Shown here piece by piece: positions 42,359 through 53,374 of a stretch of DNA of 64,000 bases. The notes beneath the pieces are model-generated. The model was not told the origin of the DNA. It made no database searches and was given only the letters and a program-made list of their open reading frames with translations. Position 1 is the stretch's first letter. Each line of letters begins with the position of its first letter. The position numbers were made by a program, and so were the translations under genes. The stretch is from an uncultured Verrucomicrobiae bacterium. GTDB taxonomy: Bacteria; Verrucomicrobiota; Verrucomicrobiia; Chthoniobacterales; JAFAMB01. The stretch is from positions 1,216,001-1,280,000 of the forward strand of contig CAVXLD010000001.1 of the NCBI GenBank assembly GCA_963762565.1. Reading direction: 5' to 3'.

Positions 42359-43786
42359 ATGAGCAGCATCACTACACCAAGCACAACCGACTATAAGGTC
42401 GCAGATATCTCTTTGGCCGATTGGGGTCGCAAAGAGATCAACATCGCCGAAAAAGAAATGCCGGGTTTGATGGCGATCCGGAAGAAGTATTCTGAAGCGA
42501 AGCCACTCGCGGGCGTCCGGATTACCGGTTCGCTCCACATGACTATCCAAACGGCGGTGTTGATCGAGACTTTGCGCGATCTTGGTGCGTCCGTCCGCTG
42601 GGCAAGCTGTAACATCTTTTCAACGCAAGATCATGCGGCCGCGGCCATCGCCAAAGCTGGTGTACCGGTGTTCGCCTGGAAAGGGGAGAGCCTGGAGGAA
42701 TACTGGTGGTGCACGAATCAAGCGATCTCGCATCCGGACGGTAAGGGACCACAGCTCGTGGTCGATGATGGCGGCGATGTGACTCTGCTCCTGCATAAAG
42801 GATACGAATTGGAAGAAGGTAGCGACTGGGTAAATACGCCTTCATCCAGCCACGAAGAGAAAGTTATTAAGGATTTACTTAAAGAAGTTCATGCGGAGAA
42901 CCCGTATCGCTGGCATGAACTGGTAAAAGAATGGCGCGGAGTTTCCGAGGAAACAACGACCGGCGTCCATCGGCTTTACAAGCTGCAAGAAGCAGGAAAA
43001 CTGTTAGTTCCGGCGTTCAATGTGAACGACTCGGTCACCAAGTCGAAGTTCGATAACCTTTATGGGTGCCGGCATTCACTCGTAGACGGAATTAACCGCG
43101 CGCTGGATGTGATGCTAGCCGGAAAGATCGCGGTGGTCTGTGGGTATGGGGATGTAGGCAAAGGTTGCGCTCAATCGTTACGCGGTCAGGGTGCGCGAGT
43201 AGTCATCACTGAAATTGATCCGATCAATGCGTTGCAGGCGGCGATGGAAGGTTTCGAGGTCACTACCGTCGAGGACACCTTAGGCCGCGGCGATATCTAC
43301 GTTACCACCACCGGCAACCGCGACGTTATCACCGTCGAGCACATGGCCAAAATGAAAGACCAAGCAGTGGTTTGTAATATCGGCCATTTTGATAACGAGA
43401 TTCAGGTAGACAAGCTCAAGGCTTTTCCGGGCATCCAAAGCACCAATATCAAGCCTCAGGTAGACAAATTCCGGTTCTCCGATGGACACGAAATTTTCCT
43501 CCTGGCGGAAGGCCGCCTGGTAAACTTGGGTTGCGCCACGGGGCATCCGTCGTTCGTTATGAGCAACTCGTTCTCGAATCAAGTCCTGGCTCAGATCGAT
43601 CTTTGGAAGAACAAGGATACCTATACCCCGAGCGTGTATATTCTGCCGAAGAAACTCGATGAAGAAGTAGCCCGCCTGCATCTCGAGAAGATCGGAGTCA
43701 AGCTGACCAAACTAAGCGAGCAACAGGCAGAATATATCGGGGTTCCTGTCGAGGGTCCCTACAAGCCTGAGTACTACCGGTACTAA
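42359..43786 (+). CDS. ahcY: Adenosylhomocysteinase (SAH hydrolase)
   Basis: [51 protein letters not shown]. Confidence 0.99.
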   Translation: MSSITTPSTTDYKVADISLADWGRKEINIAEKEMPGLMAIRKKYSEAKPLAGVRITGSLHMTIQTAVLIETLRDLGASVRWASCNIFSTQDHAAAAIAKAGVPVFAWKGESLEEYWWCTNQAISHPDGKGPQLVVDDGGDVTLLLHKGYELEEGSDWVNTPSSSHEEKVIKDLLKEVHAENPYRWHELVKEWRGVSEETTTGVHRLYKLQEAGKLLVPAFNVNDSVTKSKFDNLYGCRHSLVDGINRALDVMLAGKIAVVCGYGDVGKGCAQSLRGQGARVVITEIDPINALQAAMEGFEVTTVEDTLGRGDIYVTTTGNRDVITVEHMAKMKDQAVVCNIGHFDNEIQVDKLKAFPGIQSTNIKPQVDKFRFSDGHEIFLLAEGRLVNLGCATGHPSFVMSNSFSNQVLAQIDLWKNKDTYTPSVYILPKKLDEEVARLHLEKIGVKLTKLSEQQAEYIGVPVEGPYKPEYYRY

Positions 43787-43796
43787 GCGGGGGATA

Positions 43797-43999
43797 GGGT
43801 TAGCGGTTTGCGGTTAGCCGTCGGCAGTTAGCGGTTAACCGCTGGGTTTCTATCAGGGCCAGCTATAAATACTCGCGCTGAGTTCCTGGAACGGATAGGA
43901 TCCGCCTTCGCAAAGCCTACGGCGCGACAGGCTCTATGGGACCAATAGGACTTATATGTGCCGACGGCCAACTGCTAACTGCTAACTGCTAACTGCCAA
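43797..43999. repeat. Nested repeat cluster: inverted heptamer arrays around a 9-mer tract and a small hairpin
   Basis: GGTTAGCGGTTTGCGGTTAGC...CAGTTAGCGGTT; GATAGGA..CTATGGGACCAATAGGAC; CCAACTGCTAACTGCTAACTGCTAACTGCCAAC, which contains the MFS stop. Confidence 0.78.
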
Positions 44000-45275
44000 C
44001 TCGCAGCCGGTACCTGGAAAAGCAGATCAATCCGGCCACGCAGGCGAGACCGGCGATAATCGATGTCCAACGCAATCCGGTTGGTCCGAGTCCGGCTTGA
44101 ATTTGCGCAAATGACACCACCGAAAGCCCAATCATCGATTTTTGCAGGATTGCCTGTACGCCGAAATAGATTGCTTCTCGACGGGTGCCGGTACGCTCGG
44201 CGTCAGCGTCGATAACGTCTGCTAATAAGGCAAAAGCTAAGACCCCAAAGCCTGCTACCGGCAACCCAGCCAGGCCGCAGACAAGTTGGGCAGCAACGAG
44301 CGGAGATACGGGCAGACCTAATTGATCGGACCACCCGAAAAGGCAGAAAACGATCCCGGAAAGAGCAAATACCAGCATCAGAGACGCAAACTTCCCGACC
44401 CTTTTAGCCAGCCAGTTAAAAAAGAAAAAACCTACGAGGTTTGTGGCAATGAAGGGTAGCATCAGCCAGGTCACAGCATCCTTAGATAGACCCAGCCGGG
44501 CTTCGACCCATCTAGGCACCAACATCAATAATAAGTTTAAGGCGAACCAGTAGAAGGAAGTTCCGATCAATAACGGCAGGAAATCCCGATTAGTAAGCAC
44601 CTCCCAAATCCAACGGAACAAACCGGTCAGCGACCCCTTCGGCTGTTCGGCGGGGGGATTTTCCCGGATAAAAATCGTAATCGGATAAAACGAGATCAAC
44701 ACCGCGACGGCTAGCACCAGCCCTAGTACCGGGTAACCGAACTGCTGGATGATCAAACCGGATAAGGCGAATACCAGGGTGCCCACAAGCGTGGCTACGC
44801 CTTGACCGGTAGTCAGGTTCAATCTTTCGCGCGGAGAATTACCGATCTCCGGTAACAGCGCCAGATATGGTGTAACCACCAAACCATAAAGTAAGAAGTA
44901 GCCCTGACAAACGGCGGCCGCATAAATGATCCGAATTGTCTCCGGCGCCTTTACTGGCGGGCACCAGAGCAGGAAACAGACGACGGCCAACGGCAAGGTT
45001 GCGACAACCAAAAAGGGGATGCGCCGTCCCCAACGCGAGTAGCTGATATCGGTCCAATAGGCGATGAACGGGTCTGAAATTCCGTCCGTCAGGCGGCCAG
45101 CCAATAAGATCAACGAAAACGCCGTCGTGGTCACGATCCCACCAATCACAAACCTCTCATAGAGCCATTGGGATAAAACCAAATTGGTAAGATTCATCGC
45201 AAACCCGCCCGACACGTAGATGATGAACTGAAGGCTGGAGAGGGAAGGCTTCTTGTTTTCCTGGCTGAGTGACAT
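43989..45275 (-). CDS. MFS transporter, GPH (melibiose-symporter-like) family
   Basis: GRLTDGISDP..AYWTD..SRWGRRIPF, PYLALLPE, LADVIDAD...G.RREAIYFG. Confidence 0.9.
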   Translation of the reverse strand: MSLSQENKKPSLSSLQFIIYVSGGFAMNLTNLVLSQWLYERFVIGGIVTTTAFSLILLAGRLTDGISDPFIAYWTDISYSRWGRRIPFLVVATLPLAVVCFLLWCPPVKAPETIRIIYAAAVCQGYFLLYGLVVTPYLALLPEIGNSPRERLNLTTGQGVATLVGTLVFALSGLIIQQFGYPVLGLVLAVAVLISFYPITIFIRENPPAEQPKGSLTGLFRWIWEVLTNRDFLPLLIGTSFYWFALNLLLMLVPRWVEARLGLSKDAVTWLMLPFIATNLVGFFFFNWLAKRVGKFASLMLVFALSGIVFCLFGWSDQLGLPVSPLVAAQLVCGLAGLPVAGFGVLAFALLADVIDADAERTGTRREAIYFGVQAILQKSMIGLSVVSFAQIQAGLGPTGLRWTSIIAGLACVAGLICFSRYRLRVGS

Positions 45276-45332
45276 GGGTGGTGGCGGTTGCGCCGGTTAT
45301 CTCGCGCGAGTCGGGGCGAGGATCAAGGAGTT

Positions 45333-45664
45333 GGTAGGGCGACTTTCGAACGCGCCTTCCCGCGACCCGCAGGGCAAGGCCCAGGGCCCGGAGGGGAGCC
45401 GCTTTGTAAGCCGCTAGCTCTGGCGGTTGGCGGCAGGCGGCTCCCGGGAATAACCCAGCGCGTCGCAGTTCCATCGACTGCGTTCGGATCAAGGGTCTAC
45501 AGAACAGTTTTGGGCAATAATCTACGTTGGATCGTTCCCGGGAGCCGCCTGCTGCTCACCGACAGAGCTGCGAACCTACGAAGCGGCTCCCCTCCAGGCC
45601 CTTGTCCCACGGCCTCGCAAGCGAGGCAGCGCTCCACGGGTGGCGCCCCCCTCCACGCCCTACC
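45333..45664. repeat. Long GTAG-capped imperfect hairpin element
   Basis: GGTAGGGCG ... CGCCCTACC ends; internal IR of about 60 bp, GGAGGGGAGCCGCTTTGTA..GGCAGGCGGCTCCCGGGAA / TTCCCGGGAGCCGCCTGC..TACGAAGCGGCTCCCCTCC. Confidence 0.85.
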
Positions 45665-47831
45665 GATCTCCCTTCTGCTCAAGCCGCATCACCGCATCAT
45701 GGGCGAGCTTCACCTGATCAACGAGCGCGTTAAGGTAGAAAAGAAACCATGAATTCTTGCCTTGGTCCGGCGCACCGTCCTGAAGTTTATCCTCCCAACC
45801 ATTCAACGCCGCGAAATTTTTTGGCAACGGCTTTGGCGGTCGACCACTCTCCAGGTTTGCGCCGAGATCATCTAGATCATCGGCTAGTTCGCGGGCAATC
45901 GGTTGCACTTTCTCGGATCGAATCTGCTCAAGTTTTTCTTTGGGCAAGTGCGCCATTGCCGACAGCGAATAAAAAATATCCTGGCAAAAGTTAAGGCTGG
46001 CCAACAATGGTTCGACATCACCGCGCAGATGGGGCGGCTCACTCAGCAGACGCTGGCCGGCATTGACAGCGTTAGCGACAGCTAAACCACTCTGTTTCCG
46101 CATCTCCGTGACTGAGAGCCGTTCTTTCCCCAGCGCGAAGAGAGCTCGCAGAAACAAAGCCGTGGTCTGGTAGGCTTTGGCGAGCTGACCAGGCAATTTA
46201 CTGCGTTCCCATACCGGGAAAAACAGATAACCACAAACAATGGCTAGTGCGCCGCCGATTATCGTGTGCATCAGCCTGAGGAAACTATCCGTGGCCGTGC
46301 CCGGGTGAGCTAAATCGAGCATGACCATGATCATCGGCGTCAGAGCAAAGGAGAACGCCACGTAGTTAGCCCATCTCAGCGCCATGGTGGCGAAAGAGAG
46401 GACCGCCAGGATTAGCAGTAACCAACCTGAATCATGAACGCACAATAACAGTATAGCCGCCAAGACCGCACCGGCGACTGTCCCCGTTATTCTTTGAATG
46501 GCTTTGTGGAGGGTTCCGCCAAAATTCGGTTTCAAGACTACGACCACCGTCATCGGGATCCAGTATCCGCGAGTCACGTGAAACGCGGATGCGGCGAGCG
46601 CGGCTAGTGCCGACGCCACGGCTAACCGCAGCGCGTGGCGAAATGAGCTCGACTGAAACGATAGATTGTTCCGAATCTCTTCGATGCCCCTAAACCGCTC
46701 GATTCTTGGGCGATCGGGTTTGCGCGCCACGGAGCGTTGCTGACGTTCTCCTGTCTTTAATAGACCTGCGGTTTCGGCTAGCCAGGTAAATTCCCTGACC
46801 AGTGCTTCAACGGTCCTCCTTAGCTCATGCCGGGAGAAATCGTATTTGGCAGATGACTCCAATTCGTGGAGCCGAGGCAACAGTTGCCCGGCGGCTAGCT
46901 CTAGATACTTAGGATCGACAATTCCGCCGCGTCGTGCGACCGCGCCGCCCACCTCTCGGGACAGACGAGTTAAAGCCTCCGTAAAGCCGCGTAGTTCTTC
47001 ACGTACAGAGTCAAACCAAGCTTCATGGCCAACTAAATTAAGAACGCCTCTGAATGCGATGACCATTTTACCCGCGCTATCCAGGTTCTCGATCAGATCC
47101 AGCAACTGAGTGCTCCGGAGACTAGGCCCAGCGCGTTTGGCTCGAACGGCTCCCCAAATCTTCCGGCTCTGTTCGATGCTGGTCAGCAACGCGTCATACG
47201 CTAGCGCCACCTGCAAATTCGAGGCGCCAGATCCGGATTTCGGGGCTCCGACCCAGACCGCGTCGAGGAGATTGCCCAACTGTTCGCTACTCTTTGAGCA
47301 GGCCTGAAACAACGGTAAGAAAGGGCGCACCGGCCAAAGCGCCAGGATCAGGACTGCTGCCCATAAGATGCCGATCGTGCAAAGGAGTAAGCGGATCCAA
47401 AACTCATTTGGGGCGTTCAACACGACCGCCACAACCACAATGGTGGTGCTAACCAGGCCTGCCTGGGAAGCAGCGTTCCCGGCTACGCCTATCAGTGTCA
47501 TCACAAAAGCCCAACCAAAGACGCCAAGGATGTATCCCGGTACCGATTGAGTGATCCACGCGCCGTACACGTACGCCAAAAGAATCACGAACCCGGAGCC
47601 GGCAATACCAATAGCCTTCTGTGGATAAGCGCCGCCCATATCGCACAGCAGAGTCCAGAAAGCGGCCAGCGCAGTCAGTATGCCCCAGCTCAAATGCCCG
47701 GTGAGCAAGCCGATGCTGGTCGGGACCGAAATACAGACTGCTGTGCGGATTCCTTGGGACCAATCATAAGTGCCATCGCCCGCATCCGTGTGCCACGCGA
47801 TGATCGTCTGCCAAATGCTTTCACGGTTCAC
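45660..47831 (-). CDS. FUSC/YccS-family membrane protein
   Basis: 723 aa; two TM clusters; [27 protein letters not shown]...QRITGT..G. Confidence 0.9.
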   Translation of the reverse strand: MNRESIWQTIIAWHTDAGDGTYDWSQGIRTAVCISVPTSIGLLTGHLSWGILTALAAFWTLLCDMGGAYPQKAIGIAGSGFVILLAYVYGAWITQSVPGYILGVFGWAFVMTLIGVAGNAASQAGLVSTTIVVVAVVLNAPNEFWIRLLLCTIGILWAAVLILALWPVRPFLPLFQACSKSSEQLGNLLDAVWVGAPKSGSGASNLQVALAYDALLTSIEQSRKIWGAVRAKRAGPSLRSTQLLDLIENLDSAGKMVIAFRGVLNLVGHEAWFDSVREELRGFTEALTRLSREVGGAVARRGGIVDPKYLELAAGQLLPRLHELESSAKYDFSRHELRRTVEALVREFTWLAETAGLLKTGERQQRSVARKPDRPRIERFRGIEEIRNNLSFQSSSFRHALRLAVASALAALAASAFHVTRGYWIPMTVVVVLKPNFGGTLHKAIQRITGTVAGAVLAAILLLCVHDSGWLLLILAVLSFATMALRWANYVAFSFALTPMIMVMLDLAHPGTATDSFLRLMHTIIGGALAIVCGYLFFPVWERSKLPGQLAKAYQTTALFLRALFALGKERLSVTEMRKQSGLAVANAVNAGQRLLSEPPHLRGDVEPLLASLNFCQDIFYSLSAMAHLPKEKLEQIRSEKVQPIARELADDLDDLGANLESGRPPKPLPKNFAALNGWEDKLQDGAPDQGKNSWFLFYLNALVDQVKLAHDAVMRLEQKGDR

Positions 47832-47896
47832 GTTTCTTGAATAGCGTCTATCTTGGGGTGTCAGACTGGGACTTATTTGAGAGCGTTGGATCGATT

Positions 47897-49258
47897 ATGA
47901 ATTTAAGGCTCGCTCTATTATCGACAGGTTTGCTGTTCGTCCTCGTTGGGAGGAGCTCGGCCGAGAATACCGCGCAAATTCCAATTAATCACATCATCTA
48001 TATCATCCAGGAGAACATCACTTTCGATCACTACTTCGGGACGTATCCTGGAGCGGACGGCATCCCAGCCGACGTGAAATTCGCCTTTCGACCCGGAGGG
48101 AAACCTAAACTTGGCCCTTTTCATTTAACGAAGACTGCGATTCCGCACGACCTGAATCACAGCTGGCAAGCCGCCCGGACCGCTTACGACGGGGGCAAAA
48201 TGGACGGGTTTCTCTGGGCGGAATGGCCCGAGGCCTTGCATTACTATTGGCGAGGCGAAGTGCCTCAGATTAATCCAGCCAAGATTGAGCCGGTTGCAGG
48301 TCTGCCCGGTAAAGGCGGCCCGATGTTTAGCACCAATGTTCTTGACGGGCAACTAATCGGAAAACGGCCGAACTCGGCTCCATCGGGCCCGCCACCAGAT
48401 TGGGTTTTGAATACTCTCTCCTATTACGATTATCACGAAGTCCCCAACTATTGGGAGTACGCCCGTCGGTACACCCTGTGCGACCGTTTCTTTTCCTCGC
48501 TCAAAGGACCCAGTGAACCCAATCACCTCTACACCATTGCCGCGCAGTCCGGCGGATTAGTGAATAATCCGGGACCAGATATCGCTCGAAAAGAGGCAGT
48601 TTATAATTTCAAGACCGTCGCCGAGTTGTTGCAGAGCAAAGGCGTCAGTTGGAAGTATTACGACGAGAAACCGAATCCTCACCAGCATACCTTATGGAAT
48701 CCGTTGCCCGGATTTAAGAGCTTCACGCCTAACGGAGAGCTAATTAAGAACGTAGTTCCGTTGGATGAATTCTTTTCCGATATCAAAAATGGCGAGCTCC
48801 CTAGTGTTTGTTGGATTGTGCCGAACGGACCAGACAGCGAACACCCACCTCAGGATTCCGCTCGAGGCATGTGGCATGTAACGGACCTGGTGAATGCGGT
48901 GATGAATAGCCCGTTCTGGAAAGATACTGCCATCATCATTACCTGGGACGACTATGGAGGCTTTTACGATCATGTTGCTCCCCCAAAGATCGACAAGTAT
49001 GGCTATGGGTTCCGAGTTCCCGGGCTAGTTATCTCGGCTTACGCACGACCCGGGTTTGTTGATCACACCCAATTCGATTTCACTTCGCCGTTGAAGTTGA
49101 TTGAGACGCGATTCAATCTGCCGGCTTTAACCGACCGCGATCGCGCCGCGAATGACATGCTCAGTTGTTTCGATTTTAAGCAACAACCCTTATCGCCCGA
49201 TCCGATCACAAAAGGTACCAAGCTGGATTTTTCGGCTGTGAAACCGACGCGACCGTAA
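47897..49258 (+). CDS. Secreted phosphoesterase / phospholipase C family protein
   Basis: [63 protein letters not shown]. Confidence 0.92.
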   Translation: MNLRLALLSTGLLFVLVGRSSAENTAQIPINHIIYIIQENITFDHYFGTYPGADGIPADVKFAFRPGGKPKLGPFHLTKTAIPHDLNHSWQAARTAYDGGKMDGFLWAEWPEALHYYWRGEVPQINPAKIEPVAGLPGKGGPMFSTNVLDGQLIGKRPNSAPSGPPPDWVLNTLSYYDYHEVPNYWEYARRYTLCDRFFSSLKGPSEPNHLYTIAAQSGGLVNNPGPDIARKEAVYNFKTVAELLQSKGVSWKYYDEKPNPHQHTLWNPLPGFKSFTPNGELIKNVVPLDEFFSDIKNGELPSVCWIVPNGPDSEHPPQDSARGMWHVTDLVNAVMNSPFWKDTAIIITWDDYGGFYDHVAPPKIDKYGYGFRVPGLVISAYARPGFVDHTQFDFTSPLKLIETRFNLPALTDRDRAANDMLSCFDFKQQPLSPDPITKGTKLDFSAVKPTRP

Positions 49259-49274
49259 GGGGGGCGTGTTAGGT

Positions 49275-49526
49275 TGGTGGGGCGAGGCTCCCGCACGGTC
49301 CCGACCGCTTTCCAGGGCCCGACGTTTGAAACGAAAGAGGCGATCTTTGGGCCAAAGCGCTCGCCGAGCCGTGTCCATGGCGGGGCTATGTTCCAACGCG
49401 TCGAATCGGATTGGCGCACGCCGGGCCGCGGCTCGGCAACGCTTCGGCCAGGCGGCGGGCACAGGTTTGAAAACCACCAATCGGTTCGCGCACCTTTTGA
49501 GGAAGATCAGGAGCCTCTCCCCACCA
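49275..49526. repeat. Split-REP doublet, copy D
   Basis: TGGTGGGGCGAGGCTCC...GCCGAGCCG...CGGCTCGGC...GGAGCCTCTCCCCACCA. Confidence 0.85.
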
Positions 49527-49622
49527 GTCTTGGGACGGAAGTCCCTAGCCCAGGGCATACGAATCCAACGAATTGGCAAGAAAACAATTGCGATACATTG
49601 CTATCTTAGTACATATGTACCA

Positions 49623-49898
49623 ATGTCAAACGCGAACGATCGTCAATCCCATGTTGAAATCGAACGCGTTCAGACCGGGGTTCGCCTCGAAAAAAAGCTG
49701 CTTAAAGTGCTCAAGGCGGTTGCCGAGCTGAAAGATATGTCCCTGGGAGATCTCCTGGAAGGAATCGTCCTTCACGCGTTTGAAGGTAAATCCGCCTTTA
49801 CCCGGGACACGCTTAAAGAAATTGAACAACTCAAGACTATCTACGGCTTAACCCTAAGCGCGGAAGATAGTCACAAACTCAGGGAACGTTCCCGATGA
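49623..49898 (+). CDS. Small probable ribbon-helix-helix DNA-binding protein
   Basis: RVQTGVRLEKKLLKVLKAVAELKDMSLGDLLEGIV: beta-strand plus two-helix pattern; ATG 49623. Confidence 0.72.
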   Translation: MSNANDRQSHVEIERVQTGVRLEKKLLKVLKAVAELKDMSLGDLLEGIVLHAFEGKSAFTRDTLKEIEQLKTIYGLTLSAEDSHKLRERSR

Positions 49899-50434
49899 AA
49901 ACCGGGTTCATTGTTTTCATCATTGTCGGAGCAATTGCGTTTATGACCGTTTTATCTCAAGCCGATCATCATTCCGGAGGGACGGCTTCTCCGGTCCACG
50001 TTCGCACGGAGTTCGAGCTCACGGTTCGTGCCCCTTACAACGTCTCGTTTCCACTATTCGGGCCGGTTGGCGAGCGACCGTGGGCAGGAGGTGACTGGGA
50101 TCCCCAGTTTGTTTATCCAAGCCCCGGGGCAGATATCCAAGGAACGGTTTTCACGATAAAGCATGGCCCTCATCAGGCGATCTGGGTGAACACCGCATTC
50201 GACGTTGAAGGGCGCCACATTCAGTATGCCTATTTCATTACTGACGTGATGGTGACGACCATTAATCTCACTTTTCTTCCTCTGGATTCAGCTAGCACAA
50301 AGGTCTCCGTCGTATATGACCGGACCGCTCTCAGTGTCGCGGCAAATGATCATGTACAACAATTCGCAGCCGCTGACCGCGCGAGAGGTGCTGACTGGGA
50401 AAAAGCGATTAATGCCTGCATCCAGAAACACTGA
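49895..50434 (+). CDS. Exported hypothetical protein, SRPBCC/START-like fold possible
   Basis: ATGA-coupled to the upstream gene; signal peptide; FPLFGPVGERPWAGGDWDPQF...WEKAIN. Confidence 0.7.
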   Translation: MKTGFIVFIIVGAIAFMTVLSQADHHSGGTASPVHVRTEFELTVRAPYNVSFPLFGPVGERPWAGGDWDPQFVYPSPGADIQGTVFTIKHGPHQAIWVNTAFDVEGRHIQYAYFITDVMVTTINLTFLPLDSASTKVSVVYDRTALSVAANDHVQQFAAADRARGADWEKAINACIQKH

Positions 50435-50579
50435 GTATCGGCGTTTGCTGCGGAAAATCTAGGGCGCTAGATTTGTGGAGTTACACCAGGCGGTGCAGGC
50501 CACGCCTGCGACGCATCCGCCGCAACGGATGTGGGCGGGGGCATGTGTATTGCTGTGCTATCTGGGTGACGTTTTAGCC

Positions 50580-52592
50580 ATGAAAAAAGAGCCTCGCATA
50601 ACGCTTCCGATCAAGAAGCCGGCCAAAGTAGACAAACAGGGTCCGCAGTGGCGCTTCATTATTATTTATTTTCTGATCACTCTGTTGATCACTTGGGGGT
50701 GGCAAGAATTCTTTTGGCAGGCCACCCTACGGACCATTCCTTATAGCCAGTTTAAGCATTATCTGGCTCTGCACGAAGTCACGGAGGCGGTCGTTAAAGA
50801 AGACGAGATCGACGGTCGAATCGTGCCAAAGGCAGAAGCAGCGCCGAAAGCCTCTACAGCCGAGCCGGCCCCGAGTGGATCGGCGTCTCCCGCCCAGCCG
50901 AGCCCAAGTGGTTCGCCAAACCAGGAAGTGCAGAAAGCGGAAACAGCGCCGTTTTTCTTTCGCACAGAACGGGTTGAAGACCCCGACTTGGTTAAGCAGT
51001 TACAGGAAGCCGGCGTCGAGTACGCCGCGCAACGCCCAGGCTTCATCAGCCAGTTCCTGGTTTCATGGGTATTGCCAATCGCTTTTATTTTCATTTTGTG
51101 GACCTTTCTCGCGCGGCGTATGGGGCGCTCCGGCCAATCGATTTTCGGAATCGGCCGCAGCGGGGCAAAATTGGTCGCTGATACTGATACCAAGGTCACG
51201 TTCGATGACGTAGCCGGCTGTGATGAAGCCAAGTTCGAGTTAAAGGAAGTGGTCGATTTCCTTAAAAGTCCGGAACAATACGAGGACTTGGGCGCGCGAA
51301 TTCCAAAAGGCGTTCTTTTGATTGGTCCGCCAGGCACGGGTAAGACTCTGCTGGCAAGGGCGGTGGCTGGTGAGGCCAAAGTTCCATTCTTTTCTATCAG
51401 TGGGAGCGACTTTGTTGAGATGTTCGTGGGTGTCGGAGCAGCCCGCGTACGGGATCTATTCCAACAGGCTAAAGACCATGCTCCCTGCATCATTTTTATC
51501 GACGAGTTAGATGCGATAGGTCGTCAGCGCGGCGTCCATATGGGTGCGGTTAACGATGAGCGCGAACAGACGTTAAACGCTCTGTTGGTGCAAATGGATG
51601 GGTTCGAACCGAACACAGGCGTAATCATCCTGGCCGCCACCAATCGTCCCGAGGTCCTGGACCGGGCGTTGCTGCGTCCTGGCCGGTTTGACCGGCAGGT
51701 GGTGGTCGACGCACCTGATCTCGACGGCCGCGAGGCCGTTCTGAAAGTCCATTCGAAAGATAAGCGGTTCGCAGTTGACGTTGATCTCCGTCGTATCGCC
51801 GCGGCTACGGCGGGCCTTTCCGGAGCTGATCTGGCCAATATTCTTAACGAGGCGGCCTTGCTAGCAGCGCGTCGACACGCCAAAACAATCAGCCAACGCG
51901 ATCTCGAAGATGCCATCGAGAAGGTAGTCGCAGGCCCGGAGCGGAAGAGCCGTCGTCTCAACGAAAAAGAAAAACAGAGAGTCGCTTACCACGAAGTCGG
52001 TCATGCGCTCATGGCTGCCTATAATCCTGATAGCGATCCGGTTCACAAAATCAGTATCGTGCCACGCGGAAGGGCTGCTCTCGGGTATACGATGCAGCTT
52101 CCCACCGAAGATCAATTTCTGCTTACTCGCACTGAATTGGTGGAGCGGATAGAAGGGTTACTAGGTGGCCGAGCTTCAGAGGAAGTGGTTTTTGGCGAGG
52201 TCAGCACCGGCGCCCAGAACGACTTGGAAAGGGCTACCGCACTAGCCCGTCAGATGGTTGCGATGTACGGAATGAGCGACCGGGTGGGACTAGCGAGCTG
52301 CGCTCAACGCCAGCCAAGCTTTCTCGATGGACAACAGTTCCAGTTGCAGCGCGATTGCAGCGAAGAAACCGCCCGAACTATCGACGAAGAAGTTAAGAAC
52401 CTGCTCGACCTCGCTTATACGCGAGCCAAAGAGACTTTGACCTCGCATCGTGACCAACTCGAGAGGGTGACCTCGGAGCTACTAAAGGCCGAGAGTGTCG
52501 ACGGTCCAACATTTTACCGGCTCATCGGGAAGGAGACCCCGATGATTCAGGCTCCTGCTTCGCTTCAAACGGCGGCTGCGGAAGCCAAGTAA
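50580..52592 (+). CDS. ftsH: ATP-dependent zinc metalloprotease FtsH
   Basis: Two TM segments, [41 protein letters not shown]. Confidence 0.97.
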   Translation: MKKEPRITLPIKKPAKVDKQGPQWRFIIIYFLITLLITWGWQEFFWQATLRTIPYSQFKHYLALHEVTEAVVKEDEIDGRIVPKAEAAPKASTAEPAPSGSASPAQPSPSGSPNQEVQKAETAPFFFRTERVEDPDLVKQLQEAGVEYAAQRPGFISQFLVSWVLPIAFIFILWTFLARRMGRSGQSIFGIGRSGAKLVADTDTKVTFDDVAGCDEAKFELKEVVDFLKSPEQYEDLGARIPKGVLLIGPPGTGKTLLARAVAGEAKVPFFSISGSDFVEMFVGVGAARVRDLFQQAKDHAPCIIFIDELDAIGRQRGVHMGAVNDEREQTLNALLVQMDGFEPNTGVIILAATNRPEVLDRALLRPGRFDRQVVVDAPDLDGREAVLKVHSKDKRFAVDVDLRRIAAATAGLSGADLANILNEAALLAARRHAKTISQRDLEDAIEKVVAGPERKSRRLNEKEKQRVAYHEVGHALMAAYNPDSDPVHKISIVPRGRAALGYTMQLPTEDQFLLTRTELVERIEGLLGGRASEEVVFGEVSTGAQNDLERATALARQMVAMYGMSDRVGLASCAQRQPSFLDGQQFQLQRDCSEETARTIDEEVKNLLDLAYTRAKETLTSHRDQLERVTSELLKAESVDGPTFYRLIGKETPMIQAPASLQTAAAEAK

Positions 52593-52612
52593 CAGGGGGG
52601 CACGGACCGGTT

Positions 52613-52738
52613 GGGAGGCGAGCGTCCCGGCGCGCCGCGGAAGGGTCTGCGTCGTTGACATAGCCGGGCGTTTTTGTCGGGTCTTCCTGGGCTTCGAGGA
52701 CCATCCGGCAGCTGCCGGACGAGGACGCGATCCCTCCC
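52613..52738. repeat. GGAG-type REP doublet, copy G3 (degenerate)
   Basis: GGGAGGCGAGCGTCCCGGCGCGCCG ... CGGACGAGGACGCGATCCCTCCC. Confidence 0.75.
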
Positions 52739-52914
52739 CAATCCTATCGAACCTGCGCGTCCCAAATCCGGGACTCCGTGCCCAAAGGCGGAATATGGTG
52801 TCCGGCGCTTGGCAGCAAAGTTAAACCGCGTTCCCTGGGGAGCGCGGTCCAAATACCACCAAAATGATGTTGGCACGCGAAATGATATAGGAGTGTTCCG
52901 TGCCCAGCGAGCTT

Positions 52915-53028
52915 ATGAAAACTTCACGCATTCCCAGAGAACAAAATCCTTACTTCCTGACAGGTCGAGGTAAGAAAAAAGTCTGGTTCTTTTTCTGGAC
53001 AACTGCTCCCAGGAAAAATGCTCGCTAG
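52915..53028 (+). CDS. Candidate small basic/aromatic peptide (37 aa)
   Basis: MKTSRIPREQNPYFLTGRGKKKVWFFFWTTAPRKNAR; in-frame GTG at 52900 follows AGGAG; terminator downstream. Confidence 0.4.
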   Translation: MKTSRIPREQNPYFLTGRGKKKVWFFFWTTAPRKNAR

Positions 53029-53057
53029 AGCGATTTTCTTTTAAGTTTTTTCTCAAT

Positions 53058-53086
53058 GCCCGGGATTTACTCCCGGGCTTTTTGTT
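53058..53086 (+). terminator. Rho-independent terminator
   Basis: GCCCGGGA-TTTAC-TCCCGGGC-TTTTTGTT. Confidence 0.8.
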
Positions 53087-53125
53087 GCGTACGGAAAGAA
53101 CGAGAATACGAGATTTCGGACGGCA

Positions 53126-53352
53126 GGTAGGGCGAAAAACTCGGCGCGCCCATGATGATATTTCGCCGAACAAAATCCGCGCCGGTTTTGAGCCGCGCCG
53201 TGCGTGTAGCAGCATCAGCGGCTGATTCGACCTGAGGGTTCCGGATTCGGCCGCACGTTGGACAGAATGGCCGCACGCAATGGCTCAAAACCGGCGCGAT
53301 TTTATTCAATTCGCAAACCGCATCGTGGGCGCGCCGAGTTTTTCGCCCTACC
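53126..53352. repeat. Long GTAG-capped hairpin element with 32-bp terminal IRs
   Basis: GGTAGGGCGAAAAACTCGGCGCGCCCATGATG / CATCGTGGGCGCGCCGAGTTTTTCGCCCTACC; inner CGCGCCGGTTTTGAGCC / GGCTCAAAACCGGCGCG. Confidence 0.9.
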
Positions 53353-53374
53353 GGCCCCGACCAATCACCAATCA

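Noticed and set aside
45288..45752. ORFs spanning palindromic elements (45288-45752; also 8151-8471, 9727-10203, 36758-37033, 52565-53446)
   Set aside because: Arg/Pro/Ala-rich translations of GC-rich repeats with no protein-family signal.
49266..49622. N-terminal 119 aa of the 210-aa ORF at 49266
   Set aside because: It is translated split-REP element D; the protein-like sequence begins at ATG 49623.
50759..51961. Long antisense ORFs (e.g. 244 aa opposite ftsH; similarly 219 aa opposite tyrA)
   Set aside because: Shadow ORFs of conserved genes in a GC-rich genome, with no recognisable motifs.
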